Source of the DNA: Geosiphon pyriformis uo1
Lineage: Eukaryota; Fungi; Glomeromycota
Direction: 5' to 3'
NCBI GenBank assembly: GCA_016748015.1
Contig: JAAOMT010000630.1
Location: forward strand, 377,308 to 441,307
Length of the DNA stretch: 64,000 nt
This document shows, in pieces, positions 26,780 through 42,062 of this stretch (position 1 is its first letter; the number at the start of each line of letters is the position of its first letter). The notes under the pieces are model-generated. The model ran no database searches and had not been told where the DNA came from. It saw only the letters and a program-made list of their open reading frames with translations. The position numbers and the translations under genes were made by a program.

Positions 26780-28680
26780 ATTGGTTTTTGGTGCTCTCAA
26801 TCACTGATTTTTGGATTTGCAATTTTTTGGTTGAACTTTTAAGAACTCATTGCAATTTTTCATTAAGCTAAGAATTAGCCTAGTTAACAATTTTTTGGCT
26901 TATAATAAGAATACTATTGAATTGCAAAATATATATCACAAAAAATTACTGAGCACATTTTATTTAACTACTAATGTTCTAATATCTGATACTTTAAGTG
27001 TTTTATTGTATTATAATATGGTCTATTCTTTAAAGAAATTTGATATAACAAGCATGATTAAATTTTTGATTGAAAAATATTTTGTTATCAGAAAAGATTG
27101 AATCCAAAAGATCTTGTGCCTTAATGGTTTAATTTTGTTGTAAGTTTTTTTTATGTTAATAGTTTTTGTTTGTCTAACTTCAAGGCATTTTATGGTTCTT
27201 GTTGCCAAAGTATCCACAAATCAAGTAGTTTTTTTGTAATTAGAAGTGTCTTAAAAAAGCAAAGTTAGATCGTATTAATATTTTTACAGACAGTTTATTA
27301 AAAAATATAGGTTTGTCTGCCATTGTTAGTAGTGTTTTAGTTTTTTTTTAACAATTTAGGTTTGAACATAGATCTTCAAGTTTAAGGCCTAACATTGTCA
27401 ATATTGACTGAATTGCAAATTAATACTTTAGCTTTCAAGTACATATTGATTCCTAGTGTGATGATTATCTATTTTTATAATTAGACAGCTTTTAATATAT
27501 ATGTTTCTGAATTTAAATTAATATTGCTAGATTTATGCAATTGCTATTAAATAAAAAGACACCAAATTGCAAACATTATTTCAGATTAAAAAAATTTTGT
27601 TACTTAATCCAAGATTAAAGATTATTCTGATAATATAAGCAACAGTACAGTTAATACTATAATTTATAAAATTGCTTATTTATTTTTTATTCTATTTGTT
27701 TCTATTCAAAAAAGGTTTTTTTTGGCAGATAATATTACAGTTTTTAAAAATGCTTAATATTTTGTTTGTAATATGTATAAAACTATGTATTATGCTCAAT
27801 AAAAAACAGATTTTAATATTGAAATAATAAATAGCTTTTTAATTAAAAACATTAATTACATATATATTTTTTTGGTATAGTATTCCAATTTACACATGTT
27901 GTCTGAATTTTTTCTTAAACATATTGCCAATTTATGTATTTATTTAATAAAAACAATTTACAAATAATTGTTTTTAATAATTAAATAAAATTTGTATAAC
28001 AAATATTACTTTAGAGTTTTATGTTTGTATTATAAAGAAACAGATTTTTTAAATCAAGTTTTTACTTTTAAAATAAATGTTAAGTATTATAAAAAAATAT
28101 TATTAAATTATAATAGTTGTTAAAAATTATTAGCTAGTATGCAGTTTTTTTATTTTTAGTTTTACATATTTTATTTTTTGCTCTTTAGATAATAACTTAT
28201 ATACTGCTTTTTATAAGAGTTTTATTTTTAAAAATTAATATATCAAATTTTTTTAATCTAAAAATATTAAGACTACTTTTGTAAAATTTGTAATTTTTAT
28301 GTACAGTTAATTATTAGTTATAAAAACAGAATTCGGTTACATAGATTTAAATATAAAGCTACTATAAAAAAAAGTTGATTAGTAATAATAAGTTAATGCT
28401 TTATATAATATATAGTTTATTAAACAGGTTTTCTGTTGGTGTGATTTGTATACTCAGTATAATTAAAACATATATGATAAATTTTGGTTTGTGTAATTAT
28501 TGCTTTTTTCAGATTTTAAGTAGTAAAGTTACAGTATATATATATATAATATAATTTTAATTGTTCCAAGTAATTAGTTATATGTAAATTATATTTAATA
28601 AAATTTACTTAGTCTAATTTTTATACTAAATAATAATCGGATCTTACTGATAAAACATAATAAAATATACAATTTTAATA
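26780..28680 (+). mobile_element. 5'-truncated, heavily decayed LINE (RNase H / C-terminal region and 3' UTR)
   Basis: FLDLQ..ISLVNNFLA is homologous to ~54780-54870. RNase H-like pieces IFTDSL, LTELQ and KIKDYSD..N are present, and the 3' UTR resembles those of the other LINEs. Confidence 0.75.
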
Positions 28681-29549
28681 AATTAATTAAAAGATTATAG
28701 TTATATAATTATTATAAAGTTTAAAATTAATTAATATGTAAATTTATTATTTAAAAATTAAAAATTTTAAGTTTTTTATTTTATTATTTATAAATACATA
28801 AATTAATAACTAAAATAAAAAAATATAAATTCTTAATTAAAAATAAAATAAAATAAATAAAAATATAAAATAAAAAAGCTTAATTGAGTATATTTTTAAG
28901 AAAAATCATCATTATATTATTTAATACCAGCTAAGTATATTGTTAATAAATAATATTTATTTGTATATAATTGTTTAAATATTATAATTAATATAAATAG
29001 ATTCTTTATAGTCTTTATTATCTTTATCTAAATCTTATTTTTTATCTTAATATTTTATTCTTTTTTATTCTTTTGCTTATATAAGTTTTTAAATTAACAC
29101 AAAATCTTAAAGTTATATAACTTTACTTATTATTACTAATATTATTTTATCCGTTGTATTTTATAATAAAATTAATATTCAAAATTATAACTGACAACAG
29201 TATTTTTATTTTTAAATTTTTTAGAATATATTATACATATTATATTTTTTTAAAATAATAAATTTCAAATAACATAGCTATGTATATAATAATAATATTA
29301 ATAATTAAAGTATTTTTGAGTTTTATAAATATAAATATGTTAAAATAAAAACAATTTACAAATGTTGAATTATAAAAATGAAAAATATTGTTAATAAAAG
29401 CTTATATATTCTTATTAATAATTACAAAAATAAAACAAGAATTTAAAGGACAGTAAAACTTTTAAAAAAATAAAAAAAATTACAATAATAAAATTTATAA
29501 GTTTTGTTTTATACTTTTGTATAAATCGATAAAAATGTGTATAAATTAA

Positions 29550-30380
29550 AATTTATACTAAAAAAAATCAACTTTTTGTTAATTTTTTAAATATCTGATT
29601 AATTATATAATAATAATTATTTATATTAAAAATTGATTGTTTGTTAACTTTTTAAATATTTTTTTAAAAACATGAATTGTTATAATGCCTATTTGTATAT
29701 ATTAAATTAGATTTAATGTAAATTAATTGTTAAATATATGACAACAATTGTTTATACTAAAAAAAAATTAACTGTTTACTGATTTATTAAATGCTTTTTT
29801 AGAAATATAGATTGTTATATTGTTAATTTACATGTATTAAATTATATTTAGTAAATATTAATTGTTAAATTTATAATAATAGTTGTTTATATTAAAAAAA
29901 ATTAATTATTTACTAATTTTCTAAATGTTTTTTTGGAAATATAAGTTATTATAATATTTATTTATATATATTAAATTAAATTAATGCAAATTAATTATTA
30001 AATATATAGTAATAGTTATTTATATTAGAATAAAACAGTTGTTTATTGGTTTTTTAAATAGTTTAAAATATAAGTAATTTTAATATTAATTTGTATATAT
30101 TAAATTAAATTTAGTATATATTAACTATTAAATAAATAATAATAATTATTTATACTAAAAAAAATCAACTGTTTATTGATTTTTTAAATGTTTTTTTAAA
30201 GCATGTATTATTATAATATCTATTTGTATATATTAAATTAAGTATAATATAAAATATATATTAATAATTGTTTATATTAAAAAAAATTAATTATTTACTG
30301 TTTTTTAAATGTTTTTTTAAAAACAAAATTTGTTATAATATTAATTTATATATATTAGATTAAATTTAGCACAAATTAAT
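29550..30380. repeat. AT-rich tandem satellite, ~132-bp unit, about 6 copies
   Basis: The anchor TTTATA(C/T)TAAAAAAAAT(C/T)AA..GTTTA recurs at ~29620, 29751, 29885, 30017, 30149 and 30271. Confidence 0.8.
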
Positions 30381-30429
30381 TTTTAATTATATTTATTATA
30401 GTTAAAACTTTTTTTTAATTTTATTTATT

Positions 30430-33400
30430 TATTTAGTTATATTTTATTATTGCAATTTAATAAATAAAGCCTAATCACTATTTAATATACAAAATTAGAC
30501 TAAGTAACCGAAATTAGATATGACTTATACATTTATTACATGTGGCCAGCCATTTAAGCCAAACAAGACAACACTATACATTTATTACAACTTTTATATT
30601 GCCAATCAAACTCAAAAAGAAAAAACATGATTTATGTCTATCAAAACTAATAGCAAAAAATTCAGCAATACTAAGAAGTCAGACTATACTATCTGACAAC
30701 TCAGCCACCAAGCCATAAAACACATTGTACACTACCTCACCATCATTTGTCAAGCCGGTTTTTTCTATCTCAGTCTTAAATATAGCTCTACTAAGCCAAA
30801 TCAGTGAACAATGCTTCTTTACCAATTAACTTATAAATAAAACAACAGCTTTTTTCTTAGTGTCAAACATCACTAATACTTCCATGCACCAGTCTTTAAG
30901 CATAAAATTCTTACAAATCACAGTGTACAAGTTCACATCTACTAAGCAATAGAAAAGAGTTTCCAATACAACAGATGACAAAAGATTATATGAACCAGCC
31001 ACAAAAATTTACTTGTCAAAAAACTCTGCAAAAATATTTTTATGGCTTTTAACATTTTCAATACATGTGAAAACATGATCCAGAAGCTTTATTTTACTAT
31101 ACAGCAAACACAACACATTTAAATAATTCTTATTATATAATTTTTTTCTAACCACCACTAATAAATATCTATATACAGTCTTTATTAAATAAGTTCACAG
31201 ATTAGTAAACTTTTTATTGGTAAAATCAAACAATATATATAAATTAGGGTGCCATATCTTAGCAGTAAACAGCCAATTCACTTTTTTAATCAAAACATTA
31301 AGTACCACTCAACAACTTGGACCAATTTTTTATTGAACACAAGAAATAAAACTGTATATATTCTGAATGAAATAATGTGTATTGTCAAAAACAGTTATGA
31401 CATCAGCCATAATATAGTGTTCTTTAACTCTAATTGGCAGAAACAAATGAGATTCAGCTGCCTTACTAGCCATTTGATTAACCTTATTATTATTCTACAT
31501 CCCTAAATGATCCTTGATTTTTATCCATTCAACTGAGAGATTTTTATTCCTTATTAAATTGTGTATATGTCTATTTAACAACAATTGCAAAAATCTGGCA
31601 CAGCACAATTAATCACAACAACACATGTATTAATAGCCATCTGACTGTTTATATATAGAACCACTATACAAAAAAAAGAGACACATTCCAAAAACAAAGC
31701 AACAGTCTGTAGCTTGATCAAAATAAATGGCAGGAAATCATCTACTCCAATGCCAATACCTATATCTGCAGCAGAAAAATATGCAGCAACTTTATTAGTG
31801 ACTTTAAAAAAGCCTTAGTTCTTTAAGAAGCTGTCTGTATACATGTCCAAAGCATTTAATCAAACCTTATGCAAATGTTCATGAATCTCAAAAAATCCAA
31901 CAGAATCCAACATACTTAAAATACAATATCTATTAATATGTAAAAAAACAAATATTATTGGTTTATTATTATCCTAAAACTTTAAAGTCAATTTGAATCA
32001 AAATAGCATTAAGCCCCTGATATCTAACTTTTTCCAATAACAAAATGTCTTTCAATCCATAACTCTGTTTTTTTTATCCAGAAGTTTGTTATTAAACATT
32101 ACCCCAAACCTCCTAAGAGAATAAACCAAATTATAATACAAAGACTTTTTAAGAATATTAGACATTAAGACTTTTCTGGGACTGCAAAAAGCATTAAGCA
32201 AGATGTTATCTAAAAACAACTTATTAACCAAAAAAATTCTTATAATTTCAGCCAAAAAGTTATTGACAGAACTAACTTGCAACTTAATAAAATGTTTCAA
32301 AAAATTTGAAAGAACCCAACCCAGAATCTGCAGATCCAAAAATTGATGTTCAAACAAATGCCCAAGGATGTCTAGAGTATTAGTAAACATAATCACTAAT
32401 AACATGCTCTCAGTCTAAATCTGTTTGAATGACTTCAAATTATACAGAGAAGAATAGTACAAAGTTTCACTTGAGAAGTCACATGGCAAACCAGTCTTGA
32501 ATTTAAAACTTTTTCTAATTAATATATCTCACTTATAATACACACTTGGCAAGACAAAACTAAACTGAGACCTATAGTTAACTATAAGCTGAAAAATAAC
32601 CAACACTAAATAAGAAAACAGCTTATTAGTAATAATTTTTTTAAGCACCACATTAACAAAAAATCAAATATTTGAATAAGTTTTTGCTAGACTTGGCTTA
32701 AACAGCCTTTCAGTTGACAAAAAAATACTCAGATACTTATGTAATTCTCCCTTCTTGGTAATTAAAATTGACAGCCCACCAATCTTTAAAAAAGTAATTT
32801 TAACACTTTGATTAATAGAGATAATCACAGTTTTTTTATAGTTGATTAAAATGTTATTAACCCTAAAAAATTCACTTACAATGTTTAAAACATACTGTGT
32901 AGAAAACTTGACAGTTCCCAACCAAGATCATATTGTCTATAAATAAATCAGCAGCAAAAAACAAAGACATTCCACCAATATTTTCTATCCTGCTCATTTT
33001 GGCAACAAATCTAATATTAATTCAATATTTACACAAATATTTATGTCTCTTAACCTTATATAACAATAAATTATAAAAAATTTTCCAAAGGAGAAGTGAA
33101 AAGATTTCATCTTGGTCCAATTTATTATATATTCTGTAGCCTTCTGAGAGACCAAAATCAGTTATTATTTTATTAATTTTATCTTCATGTATGTTACTAA
33201 AAAACCCAATAAACTTTTTGCATATTTTAATTCATTACAAGCTAGCTCTTAAGTAATGCTAACTAACTAAGTTATATGTTTTACACATATTCTATAAGAC
33301 CAACCAAAGTTTTTTGTTCTTTTTTAAAGCATCATTAACTACCAACCTGACAGTAAACACAGGAGACTAAGTAAATGTATTCTTTAAAACTGAAAAATTA

Positions 33401-36400
33401 TCATCCCAAAAAACACTAAATCTGCTACATATAACTAAAATCTAATTAGAAAAAACTTTGAAAAGAATTTTCCTAGCCATCTTGATCAAAACAATAGGCC
33501 AAGTGTTTGTCAAAATCTTATTCCAATCATAAGGTTTTGAAATTATTGAGACCTAAGTCTTTTTTCATAAAACAAGAATACTACTAAAGAACAAACATGC
33601 ATTCAACAACTCCAGAAGACATCTCATTATATCATCACTACTATGCTTTCAAAGTTCATTAAAAATAACAGACAAATCAGCAATCTTGCCATTGAACAGA
33701 CCACCAACCACCAAGAGCAATTTTTTTATATTGATCACACCTATTATACCAGAGAAAACATTATTATTTATATAATCTAACAGCAAATATTGGTGAGCCC
33801 AAAGATTAAGCATTACTAAAAGCACATTCTATTTCCTTGTTCATCTTTCCATAATCTTATCAACACTGAGTTTTATATCTTCTAGTTCTAAAACCAACTT
33901 ACTTTCTACTATCAAGTAATTCAAAACTATCTTGTGAAAAGACTGATTCAGAATACTTTTAATTATACTCTCTTTATTAAAACAAAAACTTTTTATGTAC
34001 TTCTCAACAGCCTTTTTAATAGAAGTTTTTTTAGCTAATCTTAACTTGTAAAGCTTGGGCTTCTTGTATTCTTTATAAATCATTAATAAATGTTTGAGAA
34101 CTTTCATTAAATTTACACTATCTTAAATTATGTCCATAGTTTTAAGAGTCTTAACTCTATCTAAAGTCAACTATTTCATAGCAAAACAATTAAATTCACT
34201 CATGTTACCTAAGCTTAACATCTTAACAATCTTAGTAATTAGCAGTTTCAATTCAAAAAACTTTGACAAATACTAGTTTCTTATACACTAAAACTTATTA
34301 AATCAACACTTAAAAAATGTTTTATCTGTCAATTCTACTATTATTTCCTCTAATAATTTCTATATAGTATTTAGATCCCCATAAGTCTTTGCTCTTGAGA
34401 ATACATTTTCTATTACTGCAAACTTGGCCAAAGAACAACCCTTAAATCATGTTCATTTGGCATTATTTGCATCCTTAATTCTAAACTTTCAATGATTTTT
34501 ATTAGTCTGTTTGTGCATGCTATTCAACCAAACATCTAGAAGACCACCCAAACCAATTGATACTGAAACAGCTCTGTGATCAGTATTAAAAAATTTAAAC
34601 ATAGCATAAACCTCATAATTCACAATTGCAAATAACAGACTTCTGCTTACCAAAACATAATCAATAACTTTTTCAACACTCTTTAAGTTGTTTCACATAG
34701 AGATCTTAATTAACAAATGTCTACCAAATGAATTGACCAGATCCAAATCTGAACAAAACTTGAAACTTGCACTCTTTTTAAACCTATTTTTATTGAAATC
34801 TCTACTCAAAACTACAAAGCTGCTAGAATTGACTGTCTTAGCTATAAAAGAGTTGATTTTTGAAACCAGTTCAAACTTAATCTCAGCAGAAACACTAATA
34901 TATAAACTCAGAAATATAACTAAAAGCTTGCCTTTAAAGAAAAGCCAAACAGAAACAAGACAACCAAGAATTTTCTTAATTTTAGACACATAACAAACCA
35001 AAAAATTGTTCATAATAATTGCTATTCCAGCACCAAGAAATTTTTTGTTCAATTCAGATAAGAAAACTCTTATCTCATTAAACTTATTTATAATTTATAG
35101 TCTAATGCCAGACTTCAACTTTGTTTTTGTAACAATTGAAACTATATTCCCTAATTTATTATGCTAACAAACAATATTTTCTTGCTTGACAGAGACATTA
35201 ATATTTTAAATATTGTATGTTGCTACTTTCTATACTAATTCACTCATTGAAGAGAAGTGTTTGTAAAAAAACTGAGTCAGCACACAACTGATCCAATTTT
35301 GCTAGTACTAAATTAATAGAAGCCTTGAGAGCCACCAATTTTAACTCCAAACAGTTCATCTTAGTAGTCAAAATCTTTGAACTACTCAGATCTAAAGCCA
35401 AAACATTGGAAAAAGCCAAAGAAGAAAACAAAAACAACAAATTAAAATTATCTAAAACCATATCTAAACTTGAATTTAAATTAGCAGCCATTGAGATAGT
35501 TAAGTCATAAAAAAAAAAAGAGAGCCAAAAGCACTAATTCCATTTTGCTGAGTCTATACACTATGCCAAAAACTTGATCTACTAAGAACTCTAAAAAATG
35601 CTTTAGAAAAGCCAGACAATTATTAATTAACAAATCATTTTTGGCAACCAACACATTTTTCTTCTTATTTAAGACATTAGAAACAGAAAACTAAAAACCA
35701 AAACTAAAACCAATACCATCAAAGGAGACAGCAAATAAAACTACCTAAATCTATGTTTTGCTATTAAAAAAAACTGAGCAAACAATGGAAATCTGTTTTT
35801 TCTTATATATGTTTGCCAAATAAATACAATCTTGTAAATTGATAGTTTTTTTCTGTGATTACCCAAATTTCTACCAGTTAAACAGCCATCAAAAATATGG
35901 CCAAATTATTTATACTCAATGCAACAGACCAGAAAAAGACCAGCCCAGTACAAATTTACACTTTTGAAAACTAACAGAAAATCAATAATAGCCAATTTGA
36001 ATGCTTTATTAGCAAAACAAATTACAACACATTTGTTACATATATATGGACTCAAATTATGGTCAATAAAACATGTTTTCTTATTATATAATTCCAGCAA
36101 ACCAGAGAGATTATGGGCAATAGTGCTTACTAGCAAAGTATACAATAAAGTTTAATGCTAATTTCTTAAAACTCATGATTGTTTATCATTAATTACCAAA
36201 GCTACATGTATAAAATCTTTTTTTATAAAAATTGACTACTTAGAAACAACCAAATTAGCAACATCTGATAATTTAAACTCTATTAGGATCTTTTGCTAAA
36301 GACCAATCAATTATATTTTAATTAAAATTATCTTGCCAAATTTAGAAAACACTAATTTTACTGCCAATTAGGGAAAATTGATTGGAATCTCCTTAACAAT

Positions 36401-37075
36401 TATTTCTTGATTTGTATAACTGTTTGGTTTACTTATATTATCATTAACTAAAAATTTTTTACTAATAGTCATTTTTTTTGTTTTGCTTAAACTTAATTCA
36501 AAAATTAAAGTAAATCTAATAATGTTTAGAAGTTTTAAGAGAATAAAAAATCCCCCAAAACTATTAACTTGATAACAAATTTTTTTCACATATAATAACT
36601 TATTACTAATAGTTTTGCTAGGCATAGCAGACAATTTAACATCCAATGCAAATGATTTAATAGACTTAAAAATTTGTCTTTTAAGATCATATAATTTAAC
36701 TAATAACAGCTGATTAACACCAATAAACTTAGGAAATAGAAAAACCAGAATATTATCATTATTGCTTATGTTTTTAAATAAAAATGTTTTTGAAAAGTGG
36801 TTAAGCACATACATTTGAGTGCAAATTTTTTTCAGTGTGGTCTTGTTTATATTCTTATTATTTGCTGAAATATCTGAATTTATATAGTTTGTTTTTTTAA
36901 TAACTGTGTTTTTTATATTATTAATGTTTGACAAATCACTGATACTATTTACAATGCTGCTAACATTGCTTTTTCAGAACACTACAGATTTAACACTGGC
37001 ACTACTAACATTTTTCAAGCTCAGAAAGCTAGCAAACAAGTTAACTATATTATCAGTTACAGGTTTTTTTGGTTA
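30430..37075 (-). mobile_element. Near full-length decayed non-LTR retrotransposon (ORF1; ORF2 = APE endonuclease-RT-RNase H-Cys/His)
   Basis: ORF1 remnants lie at ~37060-35240. ORF2 starts ATGAGTGAATTAGTA at ~35245 and contains KVATYNI, IVTKTKL, GAGIAII and FFNTDHRAV (endonuclease), NTWPIVLI (RT region), then RNase H and CLLYS..DHVFTC. Many stops and frameshifts; A-rich 3' tail. Confidence 0.85.
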
Positions 37076-39049
37076 ATTATAATTAATTATATGTATTAAT
37101 TATTGAATTTATTAGCTAATTATTTTATTTTTAGAAATAGTTATTAATGTAATTATTAACTTAATTATTAATTTTTTAAAACTATAGAAAATAAATCTAT
37201 ATTTAGATTAAAATTCATTTAAAGTAAATATTAATATAATTATACTAACTTCTTTATTTTTTTTAATTTTTTTTTATATAATTGTTAATTTTTGTAAAAT
37301 ATATTAAATAAATATTTATTGAAAAATAAAATTAATACCTAATATTAAATTTTAAAAATATTAACATATATTATAAAATTATATTAGTTTGTTATTTTGT
37401 ATTAATAATATAACTATTTTTCTATTTTTAGATTCTTTTGTTATTTTTTAAAAAAAATAGTAACTAAAATATTTATAAAACTAATTTTGCATATTAAATT
37501 TTTACTAATTGAATTTATTTATTAAAATTAAATTATTTTTTATCATTTAATACTGTTTTTTTGTTATTTATTAATATTTTATATTTTGATTATAATAATA
37601 TGATAACAATTATTTATATTAAAAAAAATCAATTATTTACTAGTATTTTTTTAAAACATAAATTGTTATAATGCTAATTTATATAACTTAATAGCTTTGT
37701 AAATTTATTTTCTATTTTTTATTTATTTATCTTATAATATTATATATTTTATGAAAAAAATATTTATATTTAAAAATTTTTTTATATATAGTGTTTACAA
37801 TATTAACTAATTTTTATTAGTTGCTATTTTTTACTTATATTTTATGTTAATTTTAAATATCTTAAATACAAAATAGAGAATATATAACAAACTAATTAAA
37901 AAAAATGTGGTTTATATTATATATAACTTTTGATAATATGTTTATTAATTGTTTTTTTTTATTTTTTTAAGTTTAATTATATTTATTATTTTAAAAAAAC
38001 ATATACAAAAATAACTCTTTTGTGGTGGACCTGGAAATTGCTTCAAGTAGCAGTATGTTTAAGAAAAAAACTTCAAAAAATGCTTTTTATGGTCCTGTTA
38101 GTAGTACTTTCTCTTAAAAGAAAAAAGTTTTTATTGGCAATATTAAACACTCCAGTAATGAAAAAAAATTTTTTTTGACCAAACCTGGTGTCAATAATGG
38201 CATGTATTTGAATATAAATAGTGAGCTTAATAACAATAATCTTAATAGTGCTACAATAGATTCAGGTAGTAATTTTTTTTTTGATTTGACTGCAACAATT
38301 CTTAAAGCTAAGAGAGTCAATAATGATTTGATTGGTAGTTCTTCTATTAATACTATTAATTTTGGAATGAATGAGGATATGGTTTATCTCTCTTTTCTTC
38401 TCAATATCTTTTTTGACAAAAGATAGATTGATCCCAAAGTAGTAAAAACTCAGATTAAAGTGCTCATCAAGAAATTTTTTGTTTTGAATATTAATTTCTC
38501 AACTGTGGAAAAAAAATTAGTGATGGCAAAAACTCAGTTTGCTAGAAAAATTTTTTTAGTTGTTAATAGTTTTAGGGGGGTTACTACTCTCTCAAAATTT
38601 GAAAAGATCATCAAATCTACCTTTACTTTAGAAATCAGCATGAAAAAAGCTATTTTATTGGCCAAAAATAATAGAATTATTACAAATGTCAATGTTAAAA
38701 AACAAGGAATACATTCAGATTGAACTGTGATCATTAAAGAAATTTCTATAAATACACCAAAAAAAATAATCGTCATTGCAGTATCTGAATTTAGGAAATT
38801 AAATCAATCAAAATTCAGTTAATTGGAATATAGCAGAAAGCTATGGTGGAATTTGCCAAATTGGGTCAGACTAAATAATTGGCTGATAAATAGTTTTTTT
38901 TTGATTGAAAAAGATTTAATGTGAGTGGCTATGGCTGTGGGAGATTGTGATATCTGGGCATTAAAGAATCAATTCAGAACTCTGTTGTATACTTTGCCTA
39001 TGAGAACAACTGTTCATAACTTGAGCACTCTTTTAGAAAGAATTGGTGG

Positions 39050-39931
39050 TGTTATGGAATGGTTTTCTTGGTATATTTAATTGCCAATATTCCGTTTTAA
39101 TTGCAATCAGTCTCTCATGAGTTTCTCAATTCTATTTGTGTGATAATGTCACTGTTATATTGAAGGCTTTCTCTTTAATGTCACAATGTAAGTTATTTCT
39201 CAATTTCTGATTGTTGTGTGTGTTTATGTAATCCTTCCCAGAGGTTGAACTGAAATCTACCTACTGTCTGAGGTTTTCTCTGAGGCTATCCTTGCAATTG
39301 TCTGATGTGTTTCTCTAATCTAGAAACACAGAATGTTAATGGCCTTTAGTGCTTTTCTTAATTTTTACAATAAAGCTTTTATTAATTAGTAATAACATGA
39401 ATAATCTTGATTAGGGATTATTCTTCCAAAGAATTCAGCTGATAAATAATAGTGTCATTTAATAAATAATACAAATAAGTTTCTTAACACTTTGGGTTGT
39501 GATCATTCAGTTTTCAATATTCTTTTTTATTTCTTTTTAATTAAAGATTTTTGTGGATATTTATTTTAAAAGTAAAGACTAGAAGATAATTAAAGTGAAA
39601 CTGTTAAATGAATTGTTTGATAACTTGTTTTTATAATTTGTTTTATGACTTGATTTTTTTTTCTTAATATTAAAGCTACTGTATATATACATGTTTGTAG
39701 TTCTACAAGAAAACACATTGTAATACTTTCTTTTTGATATTTTAACCTGGTGTTTGCTGTTATCACCAGTTGGTGTTGGCTGCTATTGTGAACTGGTGCT
39801 TGCCACTATTGCAAAATGGTGTTTGCTACTATGTTAATTATTACCTTTCTAAGATTATTACTGCACTATATTATGATTGAATAGTTTATATTATTTTTAT
39901 GATTCTTTTGCTAAATTTTTAAATCGTAACA
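39050..39931. mobile_element. Solo LTR (882 bp) with 4-bp TSD GTGG
   Basis: Starts TGTTATG and ends CGTAACA (inverted termini). GTGG flanks it at 39046-39049 and 39932-39935. It is non-coding and interrupts LINE ORF1. Confidence 0.85.
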
Positions 39932-41432
39932 GTGGGAAAACTTGTATTATCAATTAATTATTGGATACTGACAATAAAGTTTATTGTGTTGGATTTGTTT
40001 TGAGTCAAAAGATAATATAAAGTCTGCATATTGTACTGAGCCAATCTTAAGTAATATTAAACTCTCTTGGACAAGATTGGATTTGGTTCAATATAAAAAA
40101 TATGGGAAGTTTGGTCATTCTGCTTTAGAATGTAATATAACAGATATGTCTGCTTTTAAGCTCTTAAAATTATTTAAGAAGTTTGTTTCTAAGATGAATC
40201 ACCTTTGGCTGGCAAAATTATACACTAAAAAAAGTATTCTTATCTCTTGTTCTATCACTTTTGGTGGCAAATTTTGGGCTTAAGTAGTCTTAGCAGCACT
40301 TGTTTCTTATGTTTTTTTTGATGGTTCTGGTTCTGGTCTCTCTTCTGGTGCCTCAGATTTCAGTAGTAGACTTTTTTTTTTCTTAATGCTGATTTCTCTT
40401 TAAGTACATATTTGGCCTCTCTGGAACAATTTTTAGAATTGCTGGCTGATCAAGTATTTAATATTATGTGCAGATTAAATGGTATGAAGTTGGTACTCTT
40501 GGTATTTGTTTATCATGTAATATTTTCAGTTACTTCTGTTTCTATGGTGTTGATATCAAATGTTAATATGATTTTGAATGTTCTCCAGCTATCTTTTTTC
40601 TCTTCTTCTCTTGTATTAAAAAACAAGGTTGTGAATTTGGGTCTAAATAGTTCAAAAGTTTTCACTTTCAAAGTTGGCAGTTTGAAATCTAAGATAATAG
40701 TTTTTAAAGTTTTTATTAACTTAATTTTAGAGAAGTTGGATTTGTTGTGTGCAAATTCGGGCTCCTTAATACATCATTTGTCTTAATAAGTAAGCTTATT
40801 TGGAAAATAACTACATGTAATATTAAGAATATGACAAATTTAGCTAAACAAAAAAACATTGTTTATTGGTATAGGGAATCAGAAAATATGGTTTTAATTG
40901 TTACAAAAACTAAATTAAGATCTAATATTAAGCCATAAATCATAAATAAGCTTGATGAAGTTCGGATTTTTTCTTCTGGTTTGGATGTAGGTTTTTTTGT
41001 TACTGAAATTACTATTGTCATGAACAAATCTTTGGCTTGACATGTCTTAAAAATGGATAAAATTCTGAGTTGGTTAATTTCTGTATGTTTTTTGTTTAAA
41101 AACAAGCTTTTATTAATGATTTTGGATCTGTATGCTGGTATATCTATTAGTATATATTTTAGCCAAGCTTTTAACATCAATTCTATGATTTTTAGAGCAG
41201 CTAATTCTAGCTCATTCACAATTGTTGATAGTGACTTTAATGAAAATGGATTTAAGAGAAATGTGAGCTTCAAGTTCTATTTAGATTTGAGTCTAGTTAA
41301 TACTTTTAGTAAACATTCATTGGCCCAAGTTTCTATTTAGAGCAATTTTAGGGGTGTTAAAAAGATGCTAGATTTTATTTTTGTGAGTAGAAACCTGGCA
41401 TCTACAATTGCATTACATAAAGTTAATGATAT

Positions 41433-42062
41433 TGTTACGGGTTGGAGTAACAAGCTAATGGATAGCAAGGGAGAACAGTATTGTATGGTGATAAAAATAA
41501 ACAAAGAAGGAATTACAATAAGAGAGTGAATTGAATAAGTAGGAATTCAATGTGCATGATCAGTCTCATAAAAATCACAGTCACTAATCTTTTCTTAAAT
41601 CTGAAGGTAGAGGAATAGTCCATGATTGTCAACAAGATAACACTGCTGCTATTATTCTATGTCTCAACTCGGCAATTCTTAGAATCAATAACAGGTATTA
41701 TTGTACTTTTTAATCGTTTCTTTATTCAATGAATTACAAGAGCAAGCCAATTGCTTCTCAGGCTAATTCTAACAAATACAAATCAAGAAGGGGAAAAGAT
41801 AAGGTATGTGAATGCCAACAAGTAGATACTTGAAGGTAAGGAAAGGGGAATAAGCGATTATGAAAGGAAGTAATTAATATTGTTTATTTCGTTACTTTGA
41901 TCATGTTTTTCTATAGCTAAGGGAATCATCGCTTATATAGCTATCTAAAGTGATCAATAATCAGGTCAACAATCACTATCTAAAAATAGGGTGGCTAATT
42001 ATATGATATCAGTGGCTAATACATGTGATAATTAATAAAAACTATGTGTTTCAACCATAACA
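41433..42062 (-). repeat. 3' LTR (630 bp) of the Gypsy element
   Basis: Direct repeat of 48382-49071 with TGTTAC..ATAACA termini. Confidence 0.95.

Noticed and set aside
29550-30380. Tandem repeat as a CRISPR array or a 44-aa coding repeat
   Set aside because: The whole unit repeats with no unique spacers, the context is eukaryotic, stops occur in the frames tried, and unit length varies by non-multiples of three.
31249-41340. Many short ORFs on both strands
   Set aside because: They are fragments or antisense shadows of the decayed LINE ORFs, not independent genes.
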